This document shows, piece by piece, positions 20,030 to 29,070 of a stretch of DNA of 64,000 nt. The position numbers and the translations under genes are program-made. How positions within the stretch are numbered: the first letter of the stretch is position 1; the number at the start of each line of letters is the position of its first letter. The stretch is taken from contig CAVVJT010000010.1 in the NCBI GenBank assembly GCA_963748625.1, positions 576,001-640,000 of the forward strand, read 5' to 3'. This stretch comes from an uncultured Chloroflexia bacterium (GTDB lineage: Bacteria > Chloroflexota > Limnocylindria > Limnocylindrales > CSP1-4). The notes under the pieces were generated by a model. It had not been told where the DNA came from and searched no databases. It saw only the letters and a program-made list of their open reading frames with translations.

Positions 20030-21350
20030 CGTCGTCGTCATCGGCGCCGGCCTCTCAGGCCTGGTCGCCGCCACCCGTCTCGCGGAGGCCGGCGCCGTCG
20101 TGACGCTGGTCGCCAAGGGCCACGCCCGCACGCACTGGGGGTCCGGAGGGCTGGATATCGCCGCCCCGCACGGCGCCACCACCCCGTCCGACGGGGTTGC
20201 CCGCCTGGCCGCCACAGAGCACCCGTACAGCTACCTCATCGGCGATGTCGCACCCTCGGTGGCATGGCTGCTGGAGCAGCTCGCCGCAGCGGGTCTGCCC
20301 TACGCCGGGACGCTCGACACCGCCATCCGGCGCATCCCGACGGCGATCGGTGGCACGCGCCGGGCGGCCATCGTGCCGGCGGCACAGTCCGCCGCGCTGC
20401 GGCCATGGGCACGGGACGAGGTGCTCGTGGTCGCGGGCATCGCGGGCTACAAGGACTTCTGGCCGGGTGCCATCGCCGACAGCCTCGGGCGTGAGTCGGT
20501 CTGGATGGGCGCCGATCGGCCGGCCTCGGTGCGCAGCGTGGCGGTCGAGCTCGCTGACCTCGGCGGGCGCCACAATCTCAATGCCATGCATCTCGCCCGC
20601 CGCTTCGATGAAGGCACCACGCGAGCGTCCGACATCGGGCGCCTGACGAAGGCGATCGAGAAGGCGGCCGGGGGCAGGCAGGGGCGGGTGGCGCTGCCCG
20701 CCGTGTTCGGCCTCGACTCCCACGCGGAGACATGGGCCGAGCTCCGGGCCCGCCTGCCGCTCGAGCCCTTCGAGGTCCCCCTCGTGCCGCCCAGCGTGCC
20801 CGGCGTGCGGTTGTTCCGCGTCCTGCGGGAGCGGATCCGGGCGGCCGGAGGCAGGGTGCAGATCGGCGAGAAGGTGGCCCGCATCCACATCGATGCGGGG
20901 CGCGTCGTCGCGGTGGAGATGGAGGCGGCCGTCCGCTCCCACACCATCCGGACCGAGGCGCTCGTGCTGGCCACGGGTGGCCTGGTCGGGGGCGGCCTGG
21001 TCGCGACCGGCGACGGCCGGATCGTGGAGCCCGTCCTGGGTCTGTATGTGGAGTCGCCCGAGCACGAGATGTGGCTGGTCCCCGATGCCCTCGATCCGGC
21101 CGGCCATCCCGTCGAGTCCGCCGGGGTCATGACCGACCAGGCGCTCCGCCCGATCGGTCCCGACCATGCGGTCTCGCATGCCAATGTCCATGTCGCGGGG
21201 GGCCTCCTGGCCAACCAGCGCGCGATCCGGGAGCGTTGCGGCGACGGGGTCGCCATCGCCTCGGGCTGGCGGGCCGCCGGCCTGCTGGCCACCGACGCCA
21301 TCCGCCAACCCGTCGGCCGTGAGCCGGCCATCGCGAGGGCCGACCAGTGA
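20016..21350 (+). CDS. glpB: Anaerobic glycerol-3-phosphate dehydrogenase subunit B
   Basis: VVIGAGLSG, PTAIG, PPSVPGVRL, VLATGG, CGDGVAIASG; lies between glpA and glpC. Confidence 0.9.
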   Translation: MPHADVVVIGAGLSGLVAATRLAEAGAVVTLVAKGHARTHWGSGGLDIAAPHGATTPSDGVARLAATEHPYSYLIGDVAPSVAWLLEQLAAAGLPYAGTLDTAIRRIPTAIGGTRRAAIVPAAQSAALRPWARDEVLVVAGIAGYKDFWPGAIADSLGRESVWMGADRPASVRSVAVELADLGGRHNLNAMHLARRFDEGTTRASDIGRLTKAIEKAAGGRQGRVALPAVFGLDSHAETWAELRARLPLEPFEVPLVPPSVPGVRLFRVLRERIRAAGGRVQIGEKVARIHIDAGRVVAVEMEAAVRSHTIRTEALVLATGGLVGGGLVATGDGRIVEPVLGLYVESPEHEMWLVPDALDPAGHPVESAGVMTDQALRPIGPDHAVSHANVHVAGGLLANQRAIRERCGDGVAIASGWRAAGLLATDAIRQPVGREPAIARADQ

Positions 21351-22684
21351 CCATCGCCGACATCGTCCGGGAGGCCGCCGAGCTGCCGGTGGCAGCGTCC
21401 GCCGACGAGTGCCTCAAGTGCAACGTGTGCAACACCGTGTGCCCGGTCATGCGGGTCACGGACAAGTTCCCGGGACCCAAGTACTCCGGACCCCAGGCCC
21501 AGCGCTTCCGCCTGGCGGGCTACCAGCAGATCCAGGGCCCGTACTCGGGCAATCCGCGCTCACCCGACGCGTCGGTGGACTACTGCTCCGGCTGCGGCTG
21601 GTGCACCACGTCCTGCCCGGCCGGCGTCAAGATCGCCGAGCTCAACAACCAGGCCCGCGGCCGGCTGCGGGAGGGCAAGATCCCGAAGCTGCGCGACTGG
21701 GGCCTGGGCCAGACCGACCTGGTCGGGTCGATGGGCGTCCTCTTCTCCCCCATCGCCAACTTCGCCTTCCACAACCGCGCAATCCGGGCGGCGTTCGAGA
21801 TTGTGCTCGGCGTCCACCGGAACGCCCCGTTCCCGCGCTTCGCGAAGCGGACGTACCAGTCGACCTGGAAGCGGCGGCAGGCGAAGGCGGCCGGCGGCCG
21901 GCAGCGGGTGGTCCCTGGCCCGGACAAGGCCGTCGTCTACTTCCACGGCTGCTCGGTGAACTACTACGAGCCGCACGTGGCCGAGGCGGCCATCTGGGTC
22001 CTGAAGCGCAACGGGTTCGAGACCATCATTCCCGAGCAGGTCTGTTGCGGCCTCCCGCTGATCAGCAACGGCCTGTACGACGACGCCCGGGAGCGCGCCT
22101 GCAAGAACAATAAGGTCTTCGCCGAGTACGCCCGCGCGGGCTACCGGATCGTTGGCACCTCCACCTCGTGCACGCACACCCTCAAGGCCGAGTACGAGGA
22201 GATGCTCGACATGCGGGACGAGGACACGAAGGCCGTCTCGCACGCCACGTGGGACATCTGCGAGTTCCTGCTCGACCTCCACGAGCAGGGCCGGCTGGAC
22301 ACGGCGTTCGGGCGCCTCGACGAGGACCTTCCGTACCACGCGCCATGCCAGCTTCGGAGCCACGGGATCGGCCTGCCGGCGCTCGACCTGTTCGCGCTGG
22401 TGCCCGGCCTGCGTGCCCGGGACATGGACCACGACTGCTGTGGGATCGCGGGCACGTACGGCATGAAGAAGGAGAAGTACCCGATCGCGATGAAGGTTGG
22501 CGAGCCGCTGTTCGCGAAGGTCAAGGCGACCGGCGCGACCGAGGCCGCGTGCGACTCCGAGACCTGCCGCTGGCAGATCCAGAGCGCCACGGGCGTGCGG
22601 ACCCGCCATCCGGTTGAGATCCTGGCTGAGGCCTATCGGGCGCTTGATCGCGCACGCGAGACGGGGCCCGCCGCCGAGGCGTAG
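21347..22684 (+). CDS. glpC: Anaerobic glycerol-3-phosphate dehydrogenase subunit C (Fe-S)
   Basis: CLKCNVCNTVCP, CSGCGWCTTSCP, two CCG domains, FPGPK. Confidence 0.94.
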   Translation: MTIADIVREAAELPVAASADECLKCNVCNTVCPVMRVTDKFPGPKYSGPQAQRFRLAGYQQIQGPYSGNPRSPDASVDYCSGCGWCTTSCPAGVKIAELNNQARGRLREGKIPKLRDWGLGQTDLVGSMGVLFSPIANFAFHNRAIRAAFEIVLGVHRNAPFPRFAKRTYQSTWKRRQAKAAGGRQRVVPGPDKAVVYFHGCSVNYYEPHVAEAAIWVLKRNGFETIIPEQVCCGLPLISNGLYDDARERACKNNKVFAEYARAGYRIVGTSTSCTHTLKAEYEEMLDMRDEDTKAVSHATWDICEFLLDLHEQGRLDTAFGRLDEDLPYHAPCQLRSHGIGLPALDLFALVPGLRARDMDHDCCGIAGTYGMKKEKYPIAMKVGEPLFAKVKATGATEAACDSETCRWQIQSATGVRTRHPVEILAEAYRALDRARETGPAAEA

Positions 22685-22795
22685 CTCCGACGGCACCAGG
22701 CTGCGCAGGGATCCGGGACCGCTGCTGGGGCAGCCCGGGCCGCTGCCCACGGTCCTGTATGGTCTCAGGCTGACAGGGGTGGTCACCGGCGCCTG

Positions 22796-23899
22796 GTGAG
22801 CCCCGCCCAGGCGAGGAGCGACGTGCCTCAGGCAGCACCCGACGAAACCCGGCAGGACGGTCCGCTGCCGCCGGTGCTGGTGGTGGGTCCGGGCGCGGTC
22901 GGCTCGTTCCTGGGGGCCACGCTCGCCGCCGCCGGACACGAGGTCACACTGCTCGGCCGCCGGCCGAAGGAGGGCGACCTGCCCGACCGCCTGCGACTCG
23001 AGGAGCCCGGGGGTCCGCGCGAGGTGGCCGTGCACCGCGCGAACGGCCCCGGCGACGTGATCGGCACTCCGGGCCTCGTGATCGTCGCCGTCAAGGCGTT
23101 CCACCTGCAGGAGGCGCTCATCACCGCCTCGGCCTGGCCCACGGCGCCGCTCATGACCGTCCAGAACGGCGCGGGGGCCGAGGAGCTGGCACGGGCGGCC
23201 CGGATGTCACCCATCCTCGCGGGCTCGCTCACGACAGCCGTTGAACCCATCCCCGGCGGCGTACGCAGGCTTCGCACCGGGGGCATGGGCGTGGCCGCAT
23301 GGGCCGGGGAGGGATCGGCGCGCGCCGGGACCCTGGCAGCCCGGCTCGCGGACTCGTGGACGCTGGGCGGCCTGCCGACCCGGGTCTACCCCGATGCGGC
23401 AGCGATGAAGTGGTCCAAGCTGCTCGCGAACCTGGTTGGCAACGCGACGGGCGCCATCCTGGACATGGACCCCGGGGCCATCTACGCGGACCGCCTCGGC
23501 TACCGCATCGAGCGGCGCCAGATCCACGAGGCGGTGGCGGTCATGCGGGTCCTTGGCCTGGCGCCGGTGTCGCTGCCGGGTGCGCACCTGGTGCTCCTCC
23601 TGCGTGGCCTCGCGCTGCCTGAGACCATCGGGCGCCCGATCGTCGCGAGAGCCGTCGCGGGCGCGCGGGGCGGCAAGTCCCCGTCGCTGCGGCTGCACGT
23701 GCGGGGCGGCGGCGGGCTCCCCACGGAGGCGCTCTGGCTCAACGGGGCGGTCGCCGAGGCAGGCGGCCGCGCGGATGTCCCGGCACCCGTGAACCGCGGG
23801 CTCGCCCTCCTCGTGGACGAGGTCGCGGCGGACCCGGGCCGCGCCGCGTGGTTCGCCGGGCGGCCGGACCGGCTGGCGGGAGCCGTGGGCCTCGGGTAG
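22796..23899 (+). CDS. Ketopantoate-reductase-family (PanE/ApbA-like) oxidoreductase
   Basis: GPGAVG, AVKA, QNG, KWSKLLAN, SPSL, TEALWLNGAV. Start uncertain. Confidence 0.85.
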   Translation: MSPAQARSDVPQAAPDETRQDGPLPPVLVVGPGAVGSFLGATLAAAGHEVTLLGRRPKEGDLPDRLRLEEPGGPREVAVHRANGPGDVIGTPGLVIVAVKAFHLQEALITASAWPTAPLMTVQNGAGAEELARAARMSPILAGSLTTAVEPIPGGVRRLRTGGMGVAAWAGEGSARAGTLAARLADSWTLGGLPTRVYPDAAAMKWSKLLANLVGNATGAILDMDPGAIYADRLGYRIERRQIHEAVAVMRVLGLAPVSLPGAHLVLLLRGLALPETIGRPIVARAVAGARGGKSPSLRLHVRGGGGLPTEALWLNGAVAEAGGRADVPAPVNRGLALLVDEVAADPGRAAWFAGRPDRLAGAVGLG

Positions 23900-23952
23900 G
23901 GCGCAACTCCCCTCCTCCTGCGACCACCGGCGGAACCTATACTCCCAGCCCT

Positions 23953-25062
23953 GTGGACATCCTCACGCTGATCCGGGACATCGCGCTCATCGTCGGCGCC
24001 TACCTGCTTGGCAGTGTCCCGTGGGGGGTTGTCGTCGCCAAGCTCGCCGGCGGCCCGGACCCGAGGACCATCGGGAGCGGGCGGACCGGTGGCGCCAACA
24101 CCATGCGCGCCCTCGGGCCGCGCCTCGCGCTCCTCTCCGGTCTCCTCGACATGTTCAAGGGCACGGTGGCAGTGCTCGTCGCACGGGCGTTCGGAGCCGG
24201 CGTCGAGGTCGAGGTGCTCGCCGGACTCGCGGTGATCATCGGCCACAGCCGTTCGATCTTCCTGGGATTCGGCGGGGGCCGCGGCGTCGCTCCTGCCTAC
24301 GGCGGGGTGCTGGCATTCCAGCCATGGATCGCCATGGCGATCCTGCCGGTCTTCATCGGCACCATCCTGATCACGCGCTACTCGTCGCTCGCCTCGCTCC
24401 TCGGCTCATTGACGGGCGGTGTGCTGATGGCGGCCACCGTGGCCACGCAGGGCCTGAGCCCATGGCTGTACATCTACGCCGTCGGCGGTGCGGGCCTGGT
24501 CTGGCTCTTCCACCTCGACAACATCGGACGCCTGCTGCGCGGCGAGGAGCGCAAGCTCAACTTCGGGCGGGCCAGAGCCGCGGCGGACGAGACGGACGAG
24601 GCACCGGACGAGCCGACCGACCGGGAGGCGCCGGAAGCGGACAAGGCGCCCGACCGGGACGAGCCGACCGACCGGGAGGCGCCGACCGACCGGGAGGCGC
24701 CGCCGACCGGGAGGCGCCGGACGGGCCGCCCGCAGCGGACGAGACGCCATCGCCGGAGGCCTGACCGGCGTCAGCCCTCGAGCTTCTCGCCGCAGCCGCC
24801 ATCCACGAAGGCGAGCATCCCTTCGAGCGCGGCGTCCTCGTCGGGACCCTCCGTCTCGATCCGGATCCGGTGGCCCGCCTTCGCCGCCGCCTTCATCACG
24901 GCGATCATCGACTTGGCATCGGCCGGGACTCCGTCCCCGTCGAGGTTCACGAGGCGCACGGCTGCCTTGAAGCCGGCGGCCGACCTGACGAACATCGCGG
25001 CCGGACGGGCATGGATCCCACTGGGGTTCTTCACGACGGTTTCGGCGGTACGCATACCCTGA
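23953..25062 (+). CDS. plsY: Glycerol-3-phosphate acyltransferase PlsY (probable frameshift near 24703; natural stop probably 24764)
   Basis: YLLGSVP, GSGRTGGANTMR, LDMFKG, GHSRSIF.GF.GGRGVA, H.DNI.RL..GEE. As read, the frame runs antisense across the HPr gene. Confidence 0.88.
   Translation: MDILTLIRDIALIVGAYLLGSVPWGVVVAKLAGGPDPRTIGSGRTGGANTMRALGPRLALLSGLLDMFKGTVAVLVARAFGAGVEVEVLAGLAVIIGHSRSIFLGFGGGRGVAPAYGGVLAFQPWIAMAILPVFIGTILITRYSSLASLLGSLTGGVLMAATVATQGLSPWLYIYAVGGAGLVWLFHLDNIGRLLRGEERKLNFGRARAAADETDEAPDEPTDREAPEADKAPDRDEPTDREAPTDREAPPTGRRRTGRPQRTRRHRRRPDRRQPSSFSPQPPSTKASIPSSAASSSGPSVSIRIRWPAFAAAFITAIIDLASAGTPSPSRFTRRTAALKPAADLTNIAAGRAWIPLGFFTTVSAVRIP
24606..24719 (+). repeat. Coding repeat CCGACCGACCGGGAGGCG (PTDREA) in the PlsY tail
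   Basis: About four copies; the last lacks one A. Confidence 0.8.
24771..25055 (-). CDS. ptsH: Phosphocarrier protein HPr
   Basis: GIHARPA (phospho-His motif), DAKSMIAVM (regulatory Ser motif), GPDEDAAL. TACGCT -10 lies 6 nt before the ATG. Confidence 0.93.
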   Translation of the reverse strand: MRTAETVVKNPSGIHARPAAMFVRSAAGFKAAVRLVNLDGDGVPADAKSMIAVMKAAAKAGHRIRIETEGPDEDAALEGMLAFVDGGCGEKLEG

Positions 25063-25141
25063 GCGTACCGGAGCACGCCAGGTCCCGTCAGCCTGCCGGG
25101 AGCACGTCGGGTCCACGCCAGGGCCTTCGCGGGGCGGCGAC

Positions 25142-25304
25142 CCCGGTGGTGTTGACTACGAAGCACCGAATACCCGCATCGAGGGCTCACTCACGGCCGT
25201 TTGCGGGCAGCTGTTGCGTCCAAAGCCACTGACGCCCGCAAACGGGAGAACTGAGGCTCTCAGGGGGCGCGGATGCGGGGTTTCGTTGCGTTGGACACGC
25301 CGGG
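25142..25304. repeat. Long imperfect nested palindrome (MITE/REP-like)
   Basis: Perfect inner arms CCGTTTGCGGGC/GCCCGCAAACGG; outer arms GAATACCCGCATC/GATGCGGGGTTTC. Confidence 0.65.
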
Positions 25305-25308
25305 CCAA

Positions 25309-25364
25309 TGGCGCCGCCGCGGGCCGGGTCAGCCTGTGGCGCCGCCGCGGGCCAGGTCAGCCTG
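25309..25364. repeat. 28-bp tandem duplication overlapping the dipeptidase stop
   Basis: TGGCGCCGCCGCGGGCC(G/A)GGTCAGCCTG x2, 27/28 identical. Confidence 0.8.
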
Positions 25365-26556
25365 CCGGGAGCACCTCGGCAAGGACTCGGAGCACGTTCT
25401 CGCCCATCACTGCCCGGACGTCGTCCTCGGCCATGCCCGCCGCCAGCAGCGCGTCCGTGAGGTGCACCACGTCGGCCGCATCGAAGGGCACCCCGACCGA
25501 GCCGTCCCAGTCCGAGCCGAGCGCCACGTGGGCCGGCCCGATCACCGCCACCGCGTGCAGAATGGTCCGGGCGACGTGCGCGGCGGTCCGTCCGCCCACC
25601 ACCGAGTCCCAGAACCCGATCCCCACCAGGCCACCGGTCGCGGCGATGCCGCGCAACTGCGCGTCGGTGAGGTTGCGCGGCGAATCCACGAGCGAGCGGA
25701 GCCCGGTGTGCGACGCCACCACTGGGCGCGTCGCGACATCCAGGCAGTCATCCACCGTGGCAGGCGAGGCGTGGGCCACGTCGAGCACGACGCCGCGCGC
25801 CTCCATGCGCCGGATCATCTCGCGGCCCTTGGCCGTCAGGCCACCCTGCTCCATGCCATGCGCCGAGCCCCCGAACGGGGTGTCGAAGAAGTGGGCGGGC
25901 GAGATCATGCGGACGCCCATGCCGGCCACCACGTCCACGTTGACGGGATCGCCGTCGAGCGCGTGGGCGCCCTCGATCGAGAGCAGGCCAGCCGTGATCC
26001 GGGGATCACGCTCACGCAGGGCGAGGTACGCCTCCAGGCCGGGGGCGGAGGTCACGAGGCGGAACTGTCCAGCGGAACGCTCCTCCAGGCGCCGCGCCTG
26101 CCCGGTGAGGTACGCCACCCTGGGCAGCAGACGCCGCCAGGTCGCCGGTGGCCAGCGCTTCGCCAGCGCCAGCTTGATGACCTCGTCGGAGCGGTCGTCA
26201 TTGCGGTCGTAGTTGAGCGATGCGGGCGTCTTGACCGCCATCGAAAGCACCTGGAGCGCGACGCGGCCCTCGATGAGCCGCGGCACGTCCACGTGGCCGA
26301 CGGTCCCGCGCTGCGCCAGATCCCGCCCGAAGAGCAGCGAGTCCGCGTGCAGGTCCGCGACCCGGAGCGTGTCGTGGAGGGCGGCAGCGCGCTCCGAGAC
26401 CGGCGCGCCATCCTGTGGCCACACCAGGTTCATCCGGTCCTCGGTGCGCTCGACGAGCCGGTCGAGGGTGGGCCGGGCGACGGCCAGTGCTGCGACCGCC
26501 ACCCCGGCGGCTGCCGCCCCGGTCGCGATGGCGACCCTGCCAGCGGCCCCTCTCAT
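25357..26556 (-). CDS. Membrane dipeptidase (peptidase M19)
   Basis: DLHADSL, GHVDVPRL, LSIEG, LDVAH, VVASHTG, LGSDWDG; N-terminal hydrophobic anchor. Confidence 0.9.
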   Translation of the reverse strand: MRGAAGRVAIATGAAAAGVAVAALAVARPTLDRLVERTEDRMNLVWPQDGAPVSERAAALHDTLRVADLHADSLLFGRDLAQRGTVGHVDVPRLIEGRVALQVLSMAVKTPASLNYDRNDDRSDEVIKLALAKRWPPATWRRLLPRVAYLTGQARRLEERSAGQFRLVTSAPGLEAYLALRERDPRITAGLLSIEGAHALDGDPVNVDVVAGMGVRMISPAHFFDTPFGGSAHGMEQGGLTAKGREMIRRMEARGVVLDVAHASPATVDDCLDVATRPVVASHTGLRSLVDSPRNLTDAQLRGIAATGGLVGIGFWDSVVGGRTAAHVARTILHAVAVIGPAHVALGSDWDGSVGVPFDAADVVHLTDALLAAGMAEDDVRAVMGENVLRVLAEVLPAG

Positions 26557-26978
26557 GCGCCGAACGCCCGTCCGCGGGTTGGCGTGATCCGGATGACGAC
26601 GTTGTAGATCGCGTACATCTCCTCTGGGGAGTTGAAGGAGCTGCGGATCCAGGGCTCGTACTTGCGCAGGTAGCCCGGGTTGTCCGTGACCGCCGGACCG
26701 TCGGGGTCGAGCCTGGCCTCACCCTCCACGATCACCACGTCGCCGCCCTTGCCGTTGTCGTTGAGATGGAGCGAGATGCGGGGGTTGGCGGCGATGTTCG
26801 CGTTGCGCTTCGCGCGGTGGTCGCTGTAGATGGTGATCTCCCCGCCCTCCCACAGGAACCAGATCGGGAAGGTCTGCGGCTGGCCATCCGGGGTGACGGT
26901 GGCCAGCCAGCCGATCGGGTCCGCGGCGAGGCGCTCGAGCGCGTGGCGGTCGGCGTCGGAGCCGGACGTGAAGACCAT
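26553..26978 (-). CDS. PPOX-class, probably F420-dependent oxidoreductase
   Basis: IGWLATVTPDGQPQTFPIWF, KRNANIAANPRISL, YLRKY; GAGGAGG SD. Confidence 0.85.
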   Translation of the reverse strand: MVFTSGSDADRHALERLAADPIGWLATVTPDGQPQTFPIWFLWEGGEITIYSDHRAKRNANIAANPRISLHLNDNGKGGDVVIVEGEARLDPDGPAVTDNPGYLRKYEPWIRSSFNSPEEMYAIYNVVIRITPTRGRAFGA

Positions 26979-26988
26979 GACATCCTCC

Positions 26989-27774
26989 TCAGTGTGCAGA
27001 CGGCTGATGCGCCGGTCCGGACCGGACTTCGTCGAGGAATGCGAGGGAGCGCGGCTCGCGCTCCATCGCCACGCGCATGAACTCGCGCATGGCGGCCTCG
27101 ACCTCGCGCTCCGCCGCCTCGGTGACACGGAGTGCGGCGAGGGCCGCGATGTCCAGACGCTGGTAGGCCTTGAGCAGCTTGAGCGCGTCGAGCGACAGGC
27201 CGGCCCGGTCGGCGGGCGGCCCCGGACAGCGCCCGCAGATGACGCCGCCGAGGGGTGGCACCCACCGGTAGGCCTCCGTCGGCTCCAGCATGCGGTCGCA
27301 CTCCACGCAGCGGTCCACCTCGGGGCGCTGGCCCAGCTCGTCGGCCAGGTGCATCTCGTACCAGCGGGCGACACGTCCGGGGGCCATGCCGGCATCGAGC
27401 AGCTCGTAGGCACGCCGCAGCAGGTCGTAGAGCGGCTCAGCCTCATGGCGCTCCTCCAGGCTGCGATCCGCCAGCTCCGCGAGGTACCAGGCAGTGGCCG
27501 CGCTCTCCAGGCTGTCGCGGAGCCGGAGCCACGCGTGACCGACACGGACCTCGGTGACCACGTCGAACGTGCGGCCCCGGGCCAGGGCGACGTTCAGCTC
27601 AGCGAACGGCTCCAGGCTGCCGCCGAGGCGTGAGGAAGGCCGCCGGATGCCCTTGGCGATGGCCTTGAGCTTGCCGTGACCGGGGGTGATGAGAGTCAGG
27701 ACGCGATCGGCCTCGCCCAAGTCGAACCGGGACAGGACGATGGCATCGGTCACGTAGCGGCGCGGGGCGGGCAC
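26989..27774 (-). CDS. recO: DNA repair protein RecO
   Basis: GEADRVLTLIT..GKLKAIAKGIR, LEPF, CxxC..CxxC zinc finger. Confidence 0.95.
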   Translation of the reverse strand: MPAPRRYVTDAIVLSRFDLGEADRVLTLITPGHGKLKAIAKGIRRPSSRLGGSLEPFAELNVALARGRTFDVVTEVRVGHAWLRLRDSLESAATAWYLAELADRSLEERHEAEPLYDLLRRAYELLDAGMAPGRVARWYEMHLADELGQRPEVDRCVECDRMLEPTEAYRWVPPLGGVICGRCPGPPADRAGLSLDALKLLKAYQRLDIAALAALRVTEAAEREVEAAMREFMRVAMEREPRSLAFLDEVRSGPAHQPSAH

Positions 27775-27852
27775 GGGGCGACGGTAGCACTCGGACGGCG
27801 GACCCGCCCACCGGTCCACCGGGGAGTTCGGGCCGGTCCGCGGCCACGGGGA

Positions 27853-28575
27853 TCAGCCGGGCAGCGACGCCTCCCGGGCGAGCCGCACCGCCTCGTCGAT
27901 GCCGCCGTCGAACGCGTCCCCGTGGCCCGGCAGCACGAGCCGTGCCCCGAGCCCCTCGAGCCGTGCGAGCGACGCACGCGCCTGCTCCTGGTCGGCGGTG
28001 AAGGGGGCGATCCGGGGCCCCCGGTCGCCGGTCGTGACGGCGAGCGTGCACATCGCGTCGCCCACGGCGAGAGCGTCGTGCCCGGCAAGATGCAGGGCCG
28101 CGCTGCCGGGCGTGTGGCCGGGAACCAGGATCACCCGCGGCGAGCCCGGCACATCGAGCGTCGCGCCGTCCCCAAAGGTCGAGACCTCGCCCAGGTGGGC
28201 GGTCCTCAGGCCGCCATGCCGCGCAGTCCACCACAGGAACCGCGCCATCGGGCCGAGCCGCATGGCACCGCCCTTCGCCGGGTTGGGCACCTCACCGCGG
28301 GCGAGCGCGGCATCCAACTCGTGCACGCTGATGGGCCAGTGCCGCTCGCGGCGAGCCCGCTCGGCGAAGCCGATATGGTCGCTGTGGCCGTGGGTCAGGA
28401 CGATCGCCCGGACGTCCTCGAGCGTCCGGCCCATTGCTGCAAGCTCCAGTTCGAGCGACGGCCACTGGCCCGCGATCCCGGCATCGACGATGGTGACCTC
28501 CCCACCCTCCTCCACGAGGTAGCAGTTGACGATGCCCTCCGCGCCGACACGGCGCAGTGACGGTGCGAGCTCCAT
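27853..28575 (-). CDS. MBL-fold metallo-hydrolase
   Basis: VDAG, LTHGHSDHIG, PGHTPGS, GD, LPGHG. Confidence 0.92.
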   Translation of the reverse strand: MELAPSLRRVGAEGIVNCYLVEEGGEVTIVDAGIAGQWPSLELELAAMGRTLEDVRAIVLTHGHSDHIGFAERARRERHWPISVHELDAALARGEVPNPAKGGAMRLGPMARFLWWTARHGGLRTAHLGEVSTFGDGATLDVPGSPRVILVPGHTPGSAALHLAGHDALAVGDAMCTLAVTTGDRGPRIAPFTADQEQARASLARLEGLGARLVLPGHGDAFDGGIDEAVRLAREASLPG

Positions 28576-28955
28576 CAGTTCCTCCCGGTGGCTGCGCCGG
28601 TGCCGGCCACCGCCGCGCGGGCGGGGACGCAACGAGCGAGGAGAAGCGCCTGGTCGACCAGGACGATGGCGGCATAGGCGACGCCCAGTCCCGGCTGGCC
28701 GGCGGCCACGAGGGCCACGCCGGCCAAGACGAGGAGGCCCGTGCCCACAAGTTGGCGGTCGCGTTGCGGCAGCGGGTTGCGCGCCTTGGGGGCGACGACA
28801 ACGGCCCAGGTGACGACGAACGCCACGGGAGCACCCACCGCGGCAAGGAGCTGCACCCAGGGGTCGGCGAGCACGGTCGCGCCCGCGTAGGCCATGGCAG
28901 CGATGCCGGCGAGCTCGGCCAGGAAGCGGAGAGCAAGGAGGGGCAGGAGGGGCAT
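28575..28955 (-). CDS. YrdB/DUF2568-like membrane protein
   Basis: LALRFLAEL..W..VAPKA; about four TM helices. Confidence 0.75.
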   Translation of the reverse strand: MPLLPLLALRFLAELAGIAAMAYAGATVLADPWVQLLAAVGAPVAFVVTWAVVVAPKARNPLPQRDRQLVGTGLLVLAGVALVAAGQPGLGVAYAAIVLVDQALLLARCVPARAAVAGTGAATGRN

Positions 28956-29006
28956 GGACGGGACTCCTTGCCACGGGGGTGGCGCTCGGATTAGGATGCG
29001 GTGTGT

Positions 29007-29045
29007 TGGCTACTGTAACTAGCCATCATCGCTACCGTCAATAGC
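29007..29045. promoter_or_regulatory. Two TetR-type operators GCTA-N7-TAGC
   Basis: TGGCTACTGTAACTAGCCA (29007-29025) and GCTACCGTCAATAGC (29031-29045) in the divergent intergenic region next to the TetR gene. Confidence 0.7.
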
Positions 29046-29070
29046 CTTACCCCAGTCGACCGGAGGCACC

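Noticed and set aside
22715-22756. Hairpin after glpC as a terminator
   Set aside because: The stem is interrupted and has no U-tract; its function cannot be supported.
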